A program made the position numbers and the translations under genes. Below the pieces are notes generated by a model. The model ran no database searches, had not been told where the DNA came from, and saw only the letters and a program-made list of their open reading frames with translations. Shown piece after piece: positions 52,142 to 55,066 of a DNA stretch of 55,066 nt. This stretch comes from Octopus sinensis (Eukaryota). Position 1 is the first letter of the stretch. Every line of letters starts with the position of its first letter. The stretch lies in contig NW_021833899.1 in assembly GCF_006345805.1 (NCBI RefSeq), forward strand, positions 1 through 55,066, read 5' to 3'.

Positions 52142-52774
52142 GGTATATTATTATATCGATCTTGGAAGGATGGAAGGTAACCTTACTTCTGTGTTATTTG
52201 AAATGAGATCGTTTAGGAACACCACATTGAATTTATCCAATGTTCTTGCGAAACTGCCAATCGACAGCCTAATAATAATAATGAAAAAAGAAAAAAACGC
52301 AATTAGGAATATGTATACTTACTATCTGGTTCATGAGCTTGTGGAGATGCAATTAATTAAGTGGTGCCATGATGCTGTGTGATTCGATTCAGGTCAGCTC
52401 CCACGAGACAAACTGCAGAATAAACAACAAAACTTTTTTAATTATTCAAGGCTATGAATTCAAATACATAATTATATATTTATATATAGGTATATATTGA
52501 AGCGCACATAATTGCAAGTGTGTTTGCATGTGTGGGGTGCTGTGTGTGTTTGTGTGTATGTGTACGTATAGAATCTTTGAACTGTGAAGAATCGGTGTGC
52601 AAAGGTCTGACTCCATGCGAAGCAGATATAATTGTATATATAGTGACTTCGCAGTTTTGTCTGACATCTAAATGCATTTGTCGTTTGTATAGTTTGGCCT
52701 TCATAGTTATTGGGCTTCGTTCGTGCAAGGAACAGATGTTACTGGTAATGGAAATTAATAATTAGAATTAATAA

Positions 52775-53189
52775 GGCGGCGAGCTGACAGAAAGGTTAGC
52801 ACGCTGGGCGAAATGCTTAACGGTATTTCGTCTGTTTTCATGTTCTGAGTTCAAATTCTGCCGAGGTCGACTTTGCCTTTCATCCTTTCAGAGTCGATAA
52901 ATTAAGTACCGGTTATGCACTGGGGTCGAAGTAATCGACTTAATACCTATGTCTGTCCTTGTTTGTCCTCTCTGTGTTTAGCCTCTTGTGGGTAATAAAG
53001 AAACAGGTATTTCGTCTGTTTCCATGTTCTGTGTTCAAATTCTGCCGAGGTCAACTTTGCCTTTCATCCTTTCGAGGTAGATTAAATAAGTACCAGTTAT
53101 GCACTGAGGTCGATATAATCGACTTAAAACGTTTATCGGTCCTTGTTTTTCCCCTCTATGAGTAGCCCCTTGTGGATAGTAAAGAAATA
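52775..53189 (+). mobile_element. SINE family B dimer with probable 15-bp TSD
   Basis: Junction at 53005/53006. AATTAGAATTAATAA at 52760 versus AATTAGAATAAATAA at 53192. Confidence 0.82.
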
Positions 53190-53374
53190 AAAATTAGAAT
53201 AAATAAACAAGTTCGCATCTATTTTCGTCCATAGGAATATATACGAGTAAGGGAAAGAGATGAAAAAGAGGAAGGGATGTAGATGGAGAAGAGGAAAGGG
53301 AGAAGCTGGGGAGAAAGAGAAAATAGAGGCTAAATTTTATCATTGACCTTTTACATTTTTCACTCATTAGTATG

Positions 53375-53725
53375 CGCCCTTGCTGGGGCAACGCCTTTTA
53401 ATCGAGTGAATCGACCCCAGTACTTAAGTTTTTAAAACCTGGTACTTATTCAATCAGCTACTTTTTCAGAACAGCTATGTTACGAGGACGTAAATAGACA
53501 AGTACCGGCTGTCAACCGATGGTGGGAGACAAACATAGACACGAACATACACACACATAGATATGTAGATACATATATACGATAGGATTCTTTCAGTTTC
53601 CGGCTACCCATTCCACTCAAGGATTTGGTCGGCATCAGGATATAGTAGAAGACACTTGCCCAAGGTGCAATGTAGTGGAACTCAACCCGGGTGGGTGTAA
53701 TTGCGAAGCAAACTTCTTACCATAC
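53375..53725 (-). mobile_element. SINE family A, decayed
   Basis: Colinear similarity including gaagacacttgcccaaggtgc. Confidence 0.7.
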
Positions 53726-54026
53726 AGAGAGCCCTAAAGCTATGGAAATGATAAAGACCTTTGCACAGCGACTCTTCGCAGTTCAAAGATTATATATATT
53801 ATTTGATACACGCAGACATAGATGTTAATCAAAGCGCTATCATTGTAACCGCAAAATTTCTGGTTTAGTGTCACGAATACCTTTTGAGTAAATTTTGAGT
53901 AAATTTTACTAGATGGAGACTATATGGACGCCTATCGTATGTGTGTGTTTGTCTACGTTTATGCGTGTGGTAATAGTCCTACGTAATATACATACACACA
54001 CACACACACACACACACACCACACAC

Positions 54027-54057
<31 letters not shown>

Positions 54058-54109
54058 TATATATATATAATATATATATATATTATATATATATATACCT
54101 AGACAAGCG

Positions 54110-54520
54110 TTCTCATCCGTTCGTACTTATTGCACGTATCGCCTTGTATCGTTCTCTCCAGTTTGCTGTTCGGTCCGCTATTGACCGTGATGGTCCCCTC
54201 GGATGCTCTGTGAATCCTTGCACAGTTGTTTTATATCGGTTCGGTGTTGTCTGTGAACATTTGCATACCCATGCTTCGCTTCCGAAAGAAGAACATTGCT
54301 GATAATTTCATCAGTTATTTTCCAACAATGCCCAGCGATTCATATTTTTCTTTTTCTAATGACGTCTGCCAAAAGTTCTTTTGTAGGGTTTGGCTCTAGA
54401 TGTCCAGAGCAGTTTGCAGCATTCTTGTATCAGTGACACCAGTTTTCTCCTCGAGTCTATATTCTATATCAATATAGCAAAATGATTGTAGAACGGCCTG
54501 AGACAAATTAACACAAGCCT
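54110..54520 (-). pseudogene. RTE-like LINE 3' fragment
   Basis: IAGHCWKITDEIISNVLLSEAKHG and DRTANWRERYKAIRA on the minus strand. Confidence 0.72.
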
Positions 54521-54614
54521 GATGTGCTAGCGAGTCTGCCTGCTTTAAGCCTTATCTGTTCTTAATATCGGTCTCATATTCTGGTGGAGGTCCAGCAAAT
54601 TTAAGACTAGGAAG

Positions 54615-54775
54615 TCGATTACATCGATCCTAGTGTTTAACTGGTCGTAATTTACTGACACCTGAACGATAAAACACAAATTTGACTTTAGCAGAATTTG
54701 AATTCAGAAAAATGGGATGGACGAAATGCCGCTAAGCATGTTGGCGCGCAAACCATTCTGGCAGCTCGCCGCCTT
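54615..54775 (-). mobile_element. SINE family B, decayed
   Basis: Reversed head ggcggcgagctgccagaatgg and a weak core match. Confidence 0.65.
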
Positions 54776-54988
54776 ATTTGTTTTTTCTTATTATTATTTT
54801 CATCATTTTCTTATTGCCGTTGCAAAGTAAACATTTTTCGTACACACACACACAAACACACTTGTTATGTATGTATATATATATATATATTATATATATG
54901 TACGTATATATATATATATATATAGTATATATATATATATATATATATATTCTGTATTGTTATATATTATATATATATATATGTACGT

Positions 54989-55040
<52 letters not shown>

Positions 55041-55066
55041 GTATATATATATATATATATATATGT

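Overview
AT-rich, microsatellite-dense animal genomic DNA. It is most likely an octopus: the SINE families resemble octopus repeats as I recall them, which I cannot verify here. No host gene is securely identifiable; there is one weak candidate exon near 41.3 kb. The only long coding region is a near-intact CR1-clade LINE (about 28160-32993, +). It has a higher-order tandem array as its 5' region, an unusual ORF1 (Myb/SANT trihelix-like domain plus a CCCH finger), an APE-RT ORF2 with one 1-nt frameshift and an apparent in-frame loss of the catalytic Glu, and an (AAAATC)n tail. Its 3' end shares a two-hairpin structure, with compensatory base changes, with the tail of an abundant tRNA-derived SINE family in the window. 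The rest is three SINE families (including tandem and chimeric copies with TSDs), decayed RTE, R4, Penelope and Tc1/mariner fragments, a non-autonomous Helitron, foldback elements, minimal hammerhead-like motifs, and a 1.6 kb direct plus 0.35 kb inverted duplication that looks like an assembly artefact. Most ORFs in the supplied track are microsatellite artefacts. Boundaries of decayed elements are approximate.
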